DNA from: Blasia pusilla
Taxonomy: Eukaryota
DNA length: 64,000 nucleotides
Assembly: GCA_050084515.1 (NCBI GenBank)
Contig: CM114271.1
Location: 42,098,001-42,162,000, forward strand
Direction of reading: 5' to 3'
Under the pieces are notes generated by a model that did no database searches, was not told where the DNA came from, and worked only from the letters and a program-made list of their open reading frames with translations. Within the stretch, counting starts at the first letter, position 1. Each line of letters opens with the position of its first letter. The position numbers were made by a program, and so were the translations under genes. Positions 51,911 through 64,000 of the stretch are shown here, in pieces.

Positions 51911-53121
51911 TGACAGAAGATCTCTACACTCAGCCGTGCCGGTTCCAATCGCGGTTCTCTCGTCGTGCCCACTCCAGCATCCACCTCTCCCATCGCTCTT
52001 CGTCTTCACTCTCGGCTTCCACTCTTCTGATTCCTTGGGATTGGAAACTGTAAGTTGCCTTTATGCTGTTCATTACTCTATCTCTCCTTCCCTGAATTTG
52101 AAGGTGACTCACTAATGCGGAAGTGACAGATTTCTCGACATGCTTCAGTCACACATCTGTTCCCTCTCGTGGTTGACTTCGAAATTGTAATATTTTAAGG
52201 GAACTTGGAAAGTCGTCTATCGTCCGCATGTTGTTGAGTTGTTTGAGAGGTCAGATAGTCGTCAATTTTTCTGGATAGTATTTTCTCTCTTGTGCCTGTA
52301 ATTGAACTGGAAATTGCAAGGTTTCTACGCAACCTCTTGAAGTCTTCACTTATGTGTGTAATCATCGATTCCGTATTGTTCTCTCTCCTAATCGCATTTG
52401 ACATCTCCCGTTTTCTGGGTAATCTGGAAATTGTAGATATTTGTGTATCTCAAAGCCGTCTCCGTTCTAATTGAATCCGATCGATGTGTTCAGTTCTCGG
52501 GGTAATCTGGAAGTGTTCTGTTTCAGGTTTGTAGATCTTGGGGAGTTTTGCCTTTCTCTCTCTTCCAATCGAATCTGTAATCGCAGTTCGTTTGGAAATT
52601 TCCGAATTGCCAGTTTTCTTGATTTTCTCCGATTCCTGATATCCTTCTCACAAATCCTGCACCCATCCCTGTAGGTAGAAACGTCCAACGGGAGCGCTGG
52701 GTCTGAGTGATAGATTGAAAAATGCTTCTTGTCTCTTCAGAGAAATATTAAGCGTCCAATTCTTGGGGTGCGGATGACACCAGATGTCCATGTCCCGGAT
52801 GCGACAAGGAAACATCCAAAATCTTGTCTTTAAACATATATTTTCATGAGAAATTTTATCGTTTCCTCTTTCCGGAGAATTTCGTTGAAACCTCGAACAT
52901 GGCCTTGGAAAAAAAAGACCAAGGCTCATCCGGTTCTCAATGAACCAGCTCCAGATGAGCCATGACAATTCGATCGAGACCAAGCTCCTGGGTAATTATC
53001 ATCCCTTCCAACTGACAAGAGAACCGTCCGAGGCTGGAAACCCGACCGACAGGGATCTAATGAACTTTAGAGCGTCTGCGAGAAACGACCGGGTACGTTA
53101 CTTGGTCGATTTGTTTGTGGT

Positions 53122-53124
<3 letters not shown>

Positions 53125-53156
<32 letters not shown>
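53125..53156. repeat. (CT)n microsatellite
   Basis: About 16 uninterrupted TC units. Confidence 0.95.
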
Positions 53157-53159
<3 letters not shown>

Positions 53160-53162
53160 ATT

Positions 53163-53442
53163 GCTAAGTTGGTAACACATTTAGTAGCCTAGATTCATTG
53201 CCCAAAGCTGCTACACTGGAGTGGATGATGTGGTGAAGAGCTTCCTGGTGGACAATTGGAAGCTTCGCACCAACACGTCGTATGGTCACCACTCACACTA
53301 GAGTGCGTCTCCCTCCTCACATATGGTGCCTTCTTCACTTCTTCCTCTCTCTACACCCACCCGAGTCTCAAGCACCGACCAACCAAGGGGTCTATGGTCG
53401 CAAGGCTACGACAGGCACTTCTTAATGAATGCAGTCTCTAAA
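53163..53442 (+). mobile_element. LINE 3'-end fragment upstream of the kinase
   Basis: Reverse-complement match to about 56700-57030 (gattcattgcccaaagctgc; ggtctatggtcgcaag.ctacgacaggcact). Confidence 0.8.
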
Positions 53443-53637
53443 CTTTGCAAATCGAAGTTTCATCCCCCCTGAGCAATAAATCGCTTCATTCATTCGTTCC
53501 CTCTCTCAGAGGAAATTCCTTGAATCCGGTCGCCACTAAAAGAAACAAACAAGGAAGATTGGGCGACTGCAGTGGAGGCCCAGTGGGAATCGGTCAATGC
53601 GGATCAGAATTTGAAGTGTACAGCGGGGGTGGTGAAC

Positions 53638-54618
53638 ATGATGCCATCGAAGAGAAAGGCATGGACGAGGGGGCAGAAGCTGGGATCAGGTCTGTACTCG
53701 GAGGTGTGGTTGGGGACGAACGAGGAGAACAAGAAGAAGTTCGCCGTGAAGTCTGCAGACAAGTCCAATCTAGAAAAGCGGCTGGCTCTGGAGGTGGAGC
53801 GCAAGATTCTGAAGGAATGCAAATCGGACTACATCGTCCGATACCTGGGTTGCGATATGACGGACAAAGTTAAAGAGATGAAAAACCTCAACACCTTCAA
53901 TCTTTTCATCGAATGGGTACCGCGAGGCAGTGTCCTAGACCAGATTGACAGAGCCGGCGGAGCTCTGCACGAGTTCCTCGTAGCGGCCTACACTCGCGAT
54001 TGTCTCAAAGCTCTGGACTTCCTCCACACCAAAGGCATCGTTCACGGAGACATCAAAGCTCGCAATCTTCTCATCGGAAAGAACAATCTCAAGCTCTGCG
54101 ACCTCGGCTCGGGAAAATTCCTCCGGGACGGCGACCTCCCCCTCACTCCCAGGAAGGGCCAGCACCTCGAGAGACGGATTTTCGTTACCGGCACGCCTGG
54201 GTGGAAAGCGCCAGAGGTCCAGGATGAGACGGAACAAGGCCCCGAATCCGACATCTACTCGCTTGGCTGCACCGTCGTCGAGATGTGTACGGGTTCCCCG
54301 CCGGCGAAGAACCCCATCATCTACTCCTCAAGCGACATAGACCCCACCACCGGGTTTCCCGTCTGCACCATTGACATTCCTCCGAGCTACTCGGCTCAAT
54401 CCAGGGAGTTCGTGGACCTGTGCCTCGCGGAACACTCCGAGGATCGTCCCTCGGCTGCCGAGCTTCTCAAGCATCCGTGGATTATGAACGCGCCTCCGTA
54501 TCCTGTGGACAAGCCTCGCCCTCGACCGCCTCTAAAAAAGCAGCCGCCGCCGCCGCTTCCGTCTCGCGGCATCTGCCTGCCCAAGTGCGGCTCTCTCTTC
54601 GGCTGCAAGGAAATCTGA
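53638..54618 (+). CDS. Ser/Thr protein kinase, MAPKKK (MEKK/MAPKKK17-18-like), intronless
   Basis: WTRGQKLGSGLYSEV, FAVKSA, IVRYLG, FNLFIEW, HGDIKARN, DLG, GTPGWKAPE, SDIYSLGCTVVEMCTG and RPSAAELLKHPW. First in-frame ATGs are at 53638 and 53641. Confidence 0.9.
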   Translation: MMPSKRKAWTRGQKLGSGLYSEVWLGTNEENKKKFAVKSADKSNLEKRLALEVERKILKECKSDYIVRYLGCDMTDKVKEMKNLNTFNLFIEWVPRGSVLDQIDRAGGALHEFLVAAYTRDCLKALDFLHTKGIVHGDIKARNLLIGKNNLKLCDLGSGKFLRDGDLPLTPRKGQHLERRIFVTGTPGWKAPEVQDETEQGPESDIYSLGCTVVEMCTGSPPAKNPIIYSSSDIDPTTGFPVCTIDIPPSYSAQSREFVDLCLAEHSEDRPSAAELLKHPWIMNAPPYPVDKPRPRPPLKKQPPPPLPSRGICLPKCGSLFGCKEI

Positions 54619-56699
54619 GCCGGTAAGTTACCCGAGTTTCAGCATTCCACGTTGCCTCGCGACTCGCGTGTACCAAGTTTCGCGCTCACTCGAAGGGAAG
54701 ATTCCCGTCGTACACTAATTCTGAGTCCTGACCACCACGATCTGGAAAATTGGGAAACCTCTTCTTTCATCTGTCGTTGGTTGTTCACGGGGATTGGAAG
54801 TTCTGTCGTCGCTGGAATGGGCGTCTGAGCTGTATTTTCGTGTCATTTGTGATCACCAACATTTCTCGAGAAGCCCGATTTAAGGAAGTTGGACTTTGCT
54901 CCTTTAAGACTTCATCGTTCTTTCACGGGCGTCGGGAAATTCATAGACCGGCGTTGGTTCCTGTATTCATGACCGCCGGAGTTTCTCAAGGAAGTTTCTT
55001 CGTCGCGAGTTCAGTCGTTCACTGATAGCGACGATTCCTCGAAAGGGGTTTGATCCGAGGAAGCCGGATGTTTGATCGTTCGCTCGGTCAGGGGAGTAGG
55101 ACATTCCGTTGTGGTCATTCGTTTTCTCAATTTTTTGGGGGAATTCCACCAGAAATTCTAGCACAAGAGGCTTGATCTCGATGCTTTTACTTGCGGCCAC
55201 CACTGTCCCCGGGAAAGCTTGATCTTTGGCGAATCATTCATGGTGCCCGATACGATTCTCAGGAATTGCGATAATCGTAGGTTCAACGTGGTGGACTCAT
55301 TTTTTCTCTGCAAGTTTCAACTTCGCTCCGTCACAAATGTTAGAAACTTTAACTTTCGCATCTTTGCGCATGGATAGGTTTCAGCCCCTACTACTAGGTC
55401 ATATTAAGCGATTCTATTTCTGGTGACCTTTAGGTCTATTCATAGTGCAATATGCAAGATATTCCCTTGGAGCTTTTCAAGTAAGAACGCCCTTGCTACC
55501 CACAGGTATAGTTCGTAGGAGTGAGTAATTTAAGGCTGTCTTAGGGCCAACAGATCTAGGAGTGCGGGGGGTGGAGTCAAGGTACCGAGCTCTGTGCGGG
55601 ACTGAAATCGGTGCGCTAAAGAATTTCTTGAGCAATAAAAATGCCCACGCTTAGAGTGTGTCTGGTAATTTGTTGTCTATTACGGGTGTCCGGTTCATAT
55701 GTTTTAAATTTCTGCAGTGCTGCAAATGCGGATGGCCAAACTCTGTAACGAGTACAACATTACTGTCCCGTTTCCACTGCGGGACGTCTAGGAACGTTTT
55801 GCATTTAATTGTTGATCGTTCTGAAGCTGTGGTTCCGGGCTGACCGGTTGGGTCGATTCGTGAAGTTCTAAGATTAACTTGTGGAGTTGACAGCCTTGGT
55901 AGTGGTTTTTGTTCGTGGATTTGAGAGTTCTAGGGTCGTTGCTTTGATGCCTGCAACGCGTGGAAGGATTTTAGGGTTCGTTGGAAAGGCAGTAGAGTAT
56001 GTTGCAGGAGCGAGGCTGGGAGTTTTCGACGTCGAGGTGATTCAGGCGGTTAAATGGTGGTGGAAGCAGTTTGAGCTAAAACATACAATCGCGCAGCCGA
56101 TTATCGAGAAAGCATTTATTTTTCATGTAAACTTGGTTCTTTCCCTGTGGACGAAGCTATCAACGCAAGCGAATTGCTGTTGATCAGGCTCGCGTGATTG
56201 TGAAGGGATATGAGGCTAGCCTTACATCGATCCTCGGAAGTCTGTTTATGCTTCTGAGAGCTTAGAATGTTAAGCAGCGATCGAAAGTGGAAATGCTCAT
56301 CGACCCAAGAAACCATCCTCTCTGTCTATATCTTTTCATGCCTTATTCGCCAATGAGATGGTCTTGTAGAATAGGAATCCCTGCAAGATACGAAAGGCTA
56401 GTCAATGAAACGATTGAGAGCATCTGCAACATACCGTAAATTCTCATACAACCCATCCACAAGTGGCGCCCAACTTCGATCTTCCGGCGTGCCCTTCTCT
56501 TCCCTAAAAGAACTGGCATGCACACCTATTTCCTTTTCAAAATACTGCAAAAGCTGGGATGTTTCTCGGAAGGTACTTTCGCTGATGTGTGTGCCGCAAC
56601 GCAAACAAGGAACGTCAGGAAGGAGAGAAAACATCTGTTGAGTCACTCTCAAGTCGTACTTCGTAAGTGCGAGAGATCCACTAAAATCGTACTTCTGAA

Positions 56700-58790
56700 G
56701 TGAGAGAGACTGTACTCATTAAGTAGTGCCTGTCGTAGCTTGCGACCATAGACCCCGTGCCTTGGTTGGACGGTGCTTGAGAGTGAGATGGGTGTAGAGA
56801 GAGAAGCAAGTGACGAAGGTACCATATGAGAGGAGGGAGACACTCTCGAATAGTCTGAGTGTATAGTGTGAGTGCTGACCAAACATTGTGTTTGTGCGGA
56901 GCTTCCAAGTGTCAACCAAGAAACTCTTCACCACACCATCTACTTTACCTGATTGGGATCCCAAATAGACATTACTTACCAGTGCAGCAGCTTTGGGCAA
57001 TGAATCAAGGCTACTGAATGTGTTGAATTTTGCGAAGGAGACCAAGTAATGACTAGAGGTTTCATCCCCATCGTCACACAAGGCGCAAGAGTTTAGTTGT
57101 GTTCCCATCATGGTTCAAGGGGATTGCCCCCATTCTGAACTTGAACTTAAGCCAGGTTCCCAAGCAAGGGGTTCCCCGCAAATAGTTCTTCAGTTCTGCC
57201 TTCTCAGGATATACCATCAAAAGAGAGAGGTCAGACATTTTCATGGCTTCCTCCATGCTGTTCTGTTGTGAGTGTTTGCCTACTGCTTTGGTTATGGTAT
57301 CCACGAATGCTTTCTCATCTTGCTCCCACAGTTCACGCCCTGCTGGGAGCATATCTCGCGTGTTGCACTGTGCTCGGACTTTGTCCCATATGTTGTGTTC
57401 ATACTCGAGCCTTGTGCTGATGATCTCACACGTGTCCACCATGAAGTCTCTGATGAAGAACCCAACACCCTTCATACCTCTATTGTTGTCTGCCTGGGTG
57501 TTGCACATCTTTCCAAACCATGCATAGTGTGGTACATGGGGTATCTCCATTAACTTGGTTTCCCAAGTTTCTTGACCACCGCATATATGTATTTGATTTT
57601 TCAGCTAAACTTCAGCAACCTCCAGCTGCTTCATTAGATGGGTCAGTCCACAGAAGTTCCAAGTACCCAAACAGAGACCTGTCACTAAGTGGGTTGGGGG
57701 TAGGCGGGCACGCTTTTGGCGTAGTTGTGGCTGCTTGCAACATGGAACCTCTTCATGTGTAGGCTCTTCATCGCTGGTTCCTTGGAGAGCACTAAAGATA
57801 TTAGGTGTTTAGATCACCAACAATTTTGTGGAGATGGGCCTTTCCTTCAAGCTGGAATCACCCTCAACTACCATAGCCTTCCAATTGTAGGCACATCTCA
57901 GTTCTTGAGACACCTGGTTTTTGTGGCAAGCCAAGTATTGGCCTCCTCTTCCTTTGATAGACGCCTTGAAGATACATTGAGACAAAGTTTACTATGGGAC
58001 GTACACCGAAAATGATCATGTGGAACCTTGGTCTCCTCCTATAGACCAGATTGAACTCTCCGCCTAGATTCAAACTTCGGGGGGCCTTTGATCGTCTTAC
58101 ATTAACATGCTCGTATTCCCCACCCAGCTTCGGAATGCTAAGCTTTGGTATGGGCCTTTGATAGGTGAACTGATACTCCTCACAAGCTTGGGAGAATGGA
58201 GATATGTTGGGCTCAAGGCCGCTGATTATATGTAGAGGTTTGACAAACAACTGATTTAGGATCTGGGGAGAATGTTTAAGCTCCCAGCCCGAGAGTCTAG
58301 ACAGGGACTCGCTCTCCTCTTTGTGCGGAGAGTCTGCCTCCCAGCGGCAGGGTGCCCAAAGAGAGCCCGCTTGTTACCCCTAGAGATCATCACTACATGC
58401 CAAGTTGAACAGCCCTGGCATTAAGCTGCAGAGGAGGGCCCATGGGCCCAGCTTCAAAAGAAGGAGAGGTCTCCATTTCTCCAACTAAGTCCACTAGACA
58501 CCTTACTTGTGATACAATTGCCACAAGTCACATGGATTACAAGACACAATAATCCACACCTACCAACCAGGGGAACGACATCGCAAGCTCACAACATGTT
58601 CCAACTACAGCAATGGGCAACTTGATAGAGAGTATTGCTATGTTGCTTGCACATGGTTCACTCATTATAAGCTACCCAGGAGCAGTGCTTTAGAACATGT
58701 CTTCCCAACATACCAGGCCTGTCGAGACTTGTAGTTTTGTGGTGACAGAGATAGAGACAAAGTGAGAGAGAGATTACATAAGCGTGTTGT
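56700..58790 (-). mobile_element. Internally deleted LINE (ORF1 remnant, AP-endonuclease N-terminus, C-terminal zinc knuckle and 3' end)
   Basis: GLCLGTWNFCGL and ICGGQETW (APE) at about 57560-57680, then WFGK...GVGFFIR, LKFKFRMG and CALCDDGDETSSHYLV. No RT core is visible. Confidence 0.7.
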
Positions 58791-58802
58791 GTTGTCTGGG
58801 CT

Positions 58803-59186
58803 CTAGGCTCCACCAGAGGCTGTTGATGCAACAAATGCCATCGATGACGAGCGTGGCAGTGGGGCCATTGGACTCAAGGCGATAAATCTGGCCAGGCTTG
58901 GTCTCATCCGAGTGGAACAATCAGCCCAAAATTGTCCTCTGGAATTGCACGCTCCATCATTCATCCGCCAACCGCTATCCACTTCATACGGCATGGCAAC
59001 CAGCTCCAATTTCTTCTTGGAGAAATCAAAGATCCCAAAGCCATCTCTCACAACCATCACTAGACCCCACCCGCCTTCAATCAACGCCATCGTGCCTACT
59101 TGGAGCCCCACATTGTAGTCCGAGATTGAGAGAATGTGCACGGATTTCCTCGTTATGTCGACTTGGTAGTACTTCCTGATGCTCAT
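58803..59186 (-). pseudogene. SMP-30/gluconolactonase/regucalcin (SGL beta-propeller) fragment, frameshifted and truncated
   Basis: YYQVDITRKSVH...GLVMVVRDGFGIFD...RMNDGACNSRGQFWA, then after a frameshift KPGQIYRLESNG...VIDGICCINSLWWS. Confidence 0.7.
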
Positions 59187-60149
59187 ATCCCATATCTGGA
59201 GCCGGCGATCCTAATTCTTCTCCACCTCCACTCGCTCTGATTCCAGCGCCTCCTTTCGCTCCACCTCAATGACGAGTCACTTCTCTCCCTTCTCCAAGTT
59301 CCAAAGGATAGAAGGCAAACAGGTGTGTGGTTGGCTTGAGGAGACTTGATTTAGCATAGGCACGTGTCTCCCTAGACGCACAAAATCAAATCTGACAAAT
59401 AGTCGACCCTTCGGACCATGGCACGAGGCACAAGTTGGGAAGCAAAAATTGGGTCCCTTACCCAGTTGTAGAGTTTTTTTAAGGGTATTAGGGCTTCACT
59501 TCTTATAGCCATCATTTTTTTTCTTCATTTTTTTCCTTTCCCCAATTAGTAACCCCCCATGGTGCGTTAACAGTATAGATAAGTGAATGGAGATGTGAGC
59601 AAATTTAAGAAAGAAATTTGGACTCGCTCCACTCTTACTCTATGTTAATATTTGTCTATTCTCTTCATACTACTATTTACGGCCCCTATTATAAATGCCT
59701 AAGCTTCCACTTGAGATCTGGTGGTTGCAAGTCTCCCAGAGTGCAGAGAAAGGAAAGATTGACAACGTGCAAATTGCAAACGTGTCATTGTTATCGCCGT
59801 TGGATGGTACACATATGCATAGCCCAACATTGGGATCCTTTTCTGTCATTGCATCAAAGATACCAACTTGGGCAAGGTTCTAACTTCCTTTCATTTAAGG
59901 CCATGAAGGACAAGTGTGGACGCTTTGTAATATTGAACCTCCGCAATTGATTAAGTCATTGTGCATTTTTCCATTTTTATCAACCCGTTTTGCCACCTCC
60001 TTCTTGATAGAGCCCATTTCACTCACTTGTGCACGAGATTGGACAAACAACTTACCCTACCCTATTTGAGCGCTTACTACACAAGTCACCAACACCTGCA
60101 CAATGCTACAAACCGTTGAATCTATGAATTGATAGGGGGTCACGTCTTG

Positions 60150-63100
60150 TAGGATAGATCGACGAGTTTAAAGTAGAGCGCCTTCTTGGATATTGCAAGA
60201 CCACCTCAGAAGGTCAATGAGCTACTAAGGCCTCGAGTAACTTGAGACAATAAGTTTCCCCTTTGTTTTGGCTCATTTGGAGCTGTATAGAGAAACTTAT
60301 TATTTCGGGTAAGCTACCGTTATGAGTAGAGTTGAATTTCCACTTTGGGAAGTGATCCCCTACAGCACGTCAAGAGCCAAAGAAGTGACATGCAAGCATA
60401 GGTTACCCTGGAGAGAGAGCCGCTCGTTTGTGGTCTTTGTTCTAAAAAATTCGTACAAGAGAGTGGCCCGCAGAAGCGTTGCCCAATTTTTTATAGGAAT
60501 TGAGTATGGGGCAGATTGCTCCATGTTGGTGCTTTGGGAGGACCTTATAGCTCTTATGTTTATGCTTAGACAGGTTTTAGAATTTATGTGGGAGAAATCA
60601 ACATAGAAGCGTTCCCCAAATTTTCGTAGGAATGGAGGCCGCGCGCTCCACGACAATCGCCGCAAGTTTATGATGGAAGGTCGAATGAGAAAACAAATTT
60701 TTCTACGTCATGGAACAAGATGTTTGCCACATTTTTAAAGAAATAGTGCACAATTTGGACATTTCAGCACAAAGTTGTGATTATTTCCATGGGCTACCAT
60801 AGCCAACATGTGAAGAAAGGTTATCACGTTTGTTAGGGTAGATCTACAAGATCTAGTAGAGCGCCTTTAAGGATACTGGAGGAAAACCTCACTAGGTTGA
60901 GAATAACCTGCGAAGGCCATGGGTAACCTCAGAGAGTAGGTTTCTCCCTTCGTTTCGCCTCATTTGGAGCCATATATAGAAACTTACTATTTCCGGTAAG
61001 TTACTATTTTGACCATAGTTGACTTCCCACTTTGGGAAGTGGCCCTTAACCTCCTGCAACAGGTCACGAGTCAAGGAGGTGACCTGCGAGCATAGGTTAT
61101 CATGGAGAGAGCTTGGGAGAGGGAAAGAGATATACCCAAAGAGAGAGAATGTCGCGACCCTCATAAGCAAACGAACGCCAAACAGACGCCAAGCGAAACA
61201 TTAGAACATTAGTGAGCTCATGCTACGATGATTGCGCTTTGGAGAGGTCCCTTGGAAAAGTCCAAGAGACAAAACGCGCAATAGAGTTTGTGCGTTTCAT
61301 GCATTTATGGTCTAGACTAGGAAACATGGACTAAACGTGAACCAACACTTGAGATGAGTTGACTCTAGGAAGGTTGGTTGCCAAAGAGGTGATAACCAGA
61401 TTTGGAACGCAACTATCATTGGGGGATTGTGTTTCGGACCATAACTTTTAGTCCCAAGATGCGTTTGGCACAAGTAAGATGGCGTTGGAAAGCTTATGCA
61501 AAGAAAATTACAACGCACCAAATATCTCAGAAAACGCTCAAGCAAAGCTTGAGATATTTGCCAAAAATAACTCTAAGAGGAGTCGGGTTGAGGGCCAAAA
61601 TGAGGGGCCCGAGTGTCTTTCCCTAAAGTTATGGGGAGGGCGGAGATCCCTTTAAGTACTAGTAAGGGGGAGTATCTCCAAGGATTTTTGGAACCCAAAC
61701 CCCACTTTGAGTACCAAACGGCGTGTCAAGGGCACGTGATGGAGTGGGATTGGCATTGGAACTCGAAACCCAAACCTCATATAAGGGAGTGGATCTCGTA
61801 AGCCACACTTGGATTCCAACCTTCAACTCATTTTTGTGAGTCACGGTTAGGGATTCATTCGATGTCCATTGGACACTTGGAACCGCCAGGCATGCAAACG
61901 TCGTTTGAGGTTCCTGAACCGACCAGAAAGTCTGTCCCAAGTCTTGAGAGACTTGTCTATGTTGTAAACTAAGAAAACTATGAAGGTTGAGCTTGATGAG
62001 GGGCCGAGTCGAGATTGTTGGATTCTCAACATCCACTTCTCTAAGCACCATTAATCTGATCGGCCCCCTTGTATGAGGAGAAGCCTAGATTGATGGTTCC
62101 GACTTAGACATTGAAGAGTCATAGTAATATGACGTAGGTGGTTTGAGGAGTAGCTTTACTAAGTTTATCTAACCCTATATTGCATCAAGGGAAAAAATTT
62201 TCTATTAATAGAAACGAAGAAAAATAGGTAAAAACCCTACTTTTCTCGAGTAGTCAAATAGTCGGGAGCCGCAGCGGTAGCGCATTCTCGTATGTCGAGT
62301 TATCTCCCAATTCAGGTTCCATCGAAGCTCTTCTGTGAGCGCACGGACGGACTAGGCCACTTTGTATCTCTAAGTTTTGTAAAGATTTCAGTGATTTCGT
62401 CACTTTCTGTTTTCTCACAGTTGTAAACTAAGAAAACTATGAAGGTTGAGCTTGATGAGGGGCCGAGTCGAGAACTCGGAAAGTTAGAACGCTGATTGAA
62501 CCAGACCCGACTAACATGAGTGTGTGTTTGGGTGTAGATCAAGATTGAGAGTGTGTCCTACTTAACGCACGCTTTCGCAACATTAAAGATTTACGTTCAA
62601 AGAGAGTAGATGCACGATCGAGAGCTTGGGAGCTCATTCTCTCTTTGTTGAACCTCTTGGCATGAGACAACGGAGCTATGGTCCTCCTTGCCTCATGTAT
62701 GTAATCCAAGCCTCTCAATAGGAGAGTGGGTTTGGTTTGACATCAGAGAGATGGAGTTGTGCACCTTATGAGATATTGTGAGAGTGTTACTTGATTTACA
62801 AAGAGAGAATGAGAGCTACAATGCACAAGCTTGTTGATGTCTTGCTATGTTTTGAGGTTAGGAACCATGTTTTCCATTTGATAGCTCACAGGAGTGCTCA
62901 TGGGAGCAAGAGCCGTCTTCTGGGTGTTGTTTCTTTGCAATTTCTTCGTACGAGAGAGTGGCGCGCGAACGCATCGCCCAATTGTTGGTAGAAATTAAGT
63001 ATGGGAGCAAGTTTCTCCATGTTGGTGCTCTTGAGAGCATTATGTAGATTTATAGTTCATGTTTGTATAGGTTTTCAAATTTTTTGGGAGAAATCAATGC

Positions 63101-63310
63101 GGAAGCGTTGCCAAAATTTGTGGAGAAGGGTAGGTCATTGGCTACACCACAATAGCTGCCAATTTTTTATGAAAGGTTGAATGAAGAAATCAATTGACGA
63201 CATTGTAAATTAGAAAGTTGTACACATTGTCAAAGAAACAATGCAAAATTTGTACATTTGAGCACGAAGTTGTGACCATTTCTGTGGCTTCCATAGCCAA
63301 TTTGTGAAGG
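60150..63310. repeat. Two diverged direct copies of a roughly 680-bp unit (60150-60820; 60830-61115 continuing at about 62900-63310), the second interrupted by LTR A
   Basis: Shared segments such as gtagagcgcctt, catttggagc.tatagaaactta, cgtac.agagagtgg and aagttgtga...ccatagccaa. Confidence 0.65.
61150..62618 (+). mobile_element. LTR of family A in the opposite orientation, with an internal insert of about 400 bp
   Basis: Starts TGTCGCGACCCTCAT (reverse complement of the 28828 end) and ends ...GAGAGTAGATGCACGAT (reverse complement of the 27827 start, terminal base altered). Confidence 0.8.
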
Positions 63311-64000
63311 AAGAAGAAATTTCAAAATTCTTGGTAAAATCCTTCTTTGAGAGGTAGAAAAAAGTAAGAAATGATTTCATCCTAGTGCATAAGACAAGAG
63401 GAAAAAGTGATTTGAGGGTAACATCTAGTGGAAACTTTATTTAGTCGGTGTTGGCCCAAGATTTATGGGGCTTAGTGAAGTATAAGCCAAATGTGAAATA
63501 ATTTTAGTGAGTTGAATCTTGTTTTAAGGGTTTAGTGAAGTGGGAAGAAAAAAGATTTTGACTTTTTAATAAATTTAAAATAGAACCATATTTATCCACA
63601 TGTGAGATATCATAATTATTTTTGACTTTCATCGTCCAGGCCGTCCTTGCTCCATCTGTGTGGCCATCATTAACGGTGTCAATGATCATTCGCGGAAAAT
63701 TTCTTCACCATTGTTGATTGGACGGTAGACATCAGGTCCAACTGTTCTTCAACCATGCAAGTCCACTCAAGCATCACTGGCTACAAACAAAGGGAGAGGA
63801 AAAGGAAAAGAAAAAGGGAAGACATCAAGGCCTAGAGATATTAACGAGGCATCTATTTCGAGTGGATGTGATCAAATCATTTGGATAGGAAGAGTTCAAA
63901 AAATTAGGAGGAAATATGGAGCCAAGTTTTCTCAATCTAGACATGAAGTGGATTTTCGAGATAGACCTGCCCCTCTAAATGAAGGTGGCGAATCTGTATG

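Noticed and set aside
53445-53873. 142-aa ORF overlapping the kinase, and the GTG start at 53572
   Set aside because: Alternative-frame shadow; in a eukaryote the first in-frame ATG (53638) is the more plausible start.

Overview
Eukaryotic nuclear DNA from a repeat-rich land-plant genome; the gene content and transposon types suggest a bryophyte- or lycophyte-grade plant (inference). Three apparently intact host genes are visible: a six-exon coiled-coil gene running off the left edge (<1-4978, +), an intronless PRA1 (prenylated Rab acceptor) gene (23932-24552, -) and an intronless MAPKKK-like kinase (53638-54618, +). An SMP-30/gluconolactonase fragment is also present. The rest is nested, mostly decayed mobile DNA: Gypsy remnants (one with a chromodomain, one with a PHD-finger integrase), a Copia RT remnant, three CRE-type non-LTR elements with a restriction-like endonuclease, an APE-type LINE, and several solo LTRs with target-site duplications. 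The most unusual part is about 30.9-39.5 kb. It holds two diverged, intron-containing, decayed copies of a gene whose C-terminal half has the motif order of a beta-class (N6-adenine/N4-cytosine) DNA methyltransferase. Both copies are surrounded by clusters of a 29-bp palindrome (TGCAACCCGTCGGA-N-TCCGACGGGTTGCA), which forms a regularly spaced repeat-spacer array in the copy-2 intron. All assignments are by eye; no searches were run.
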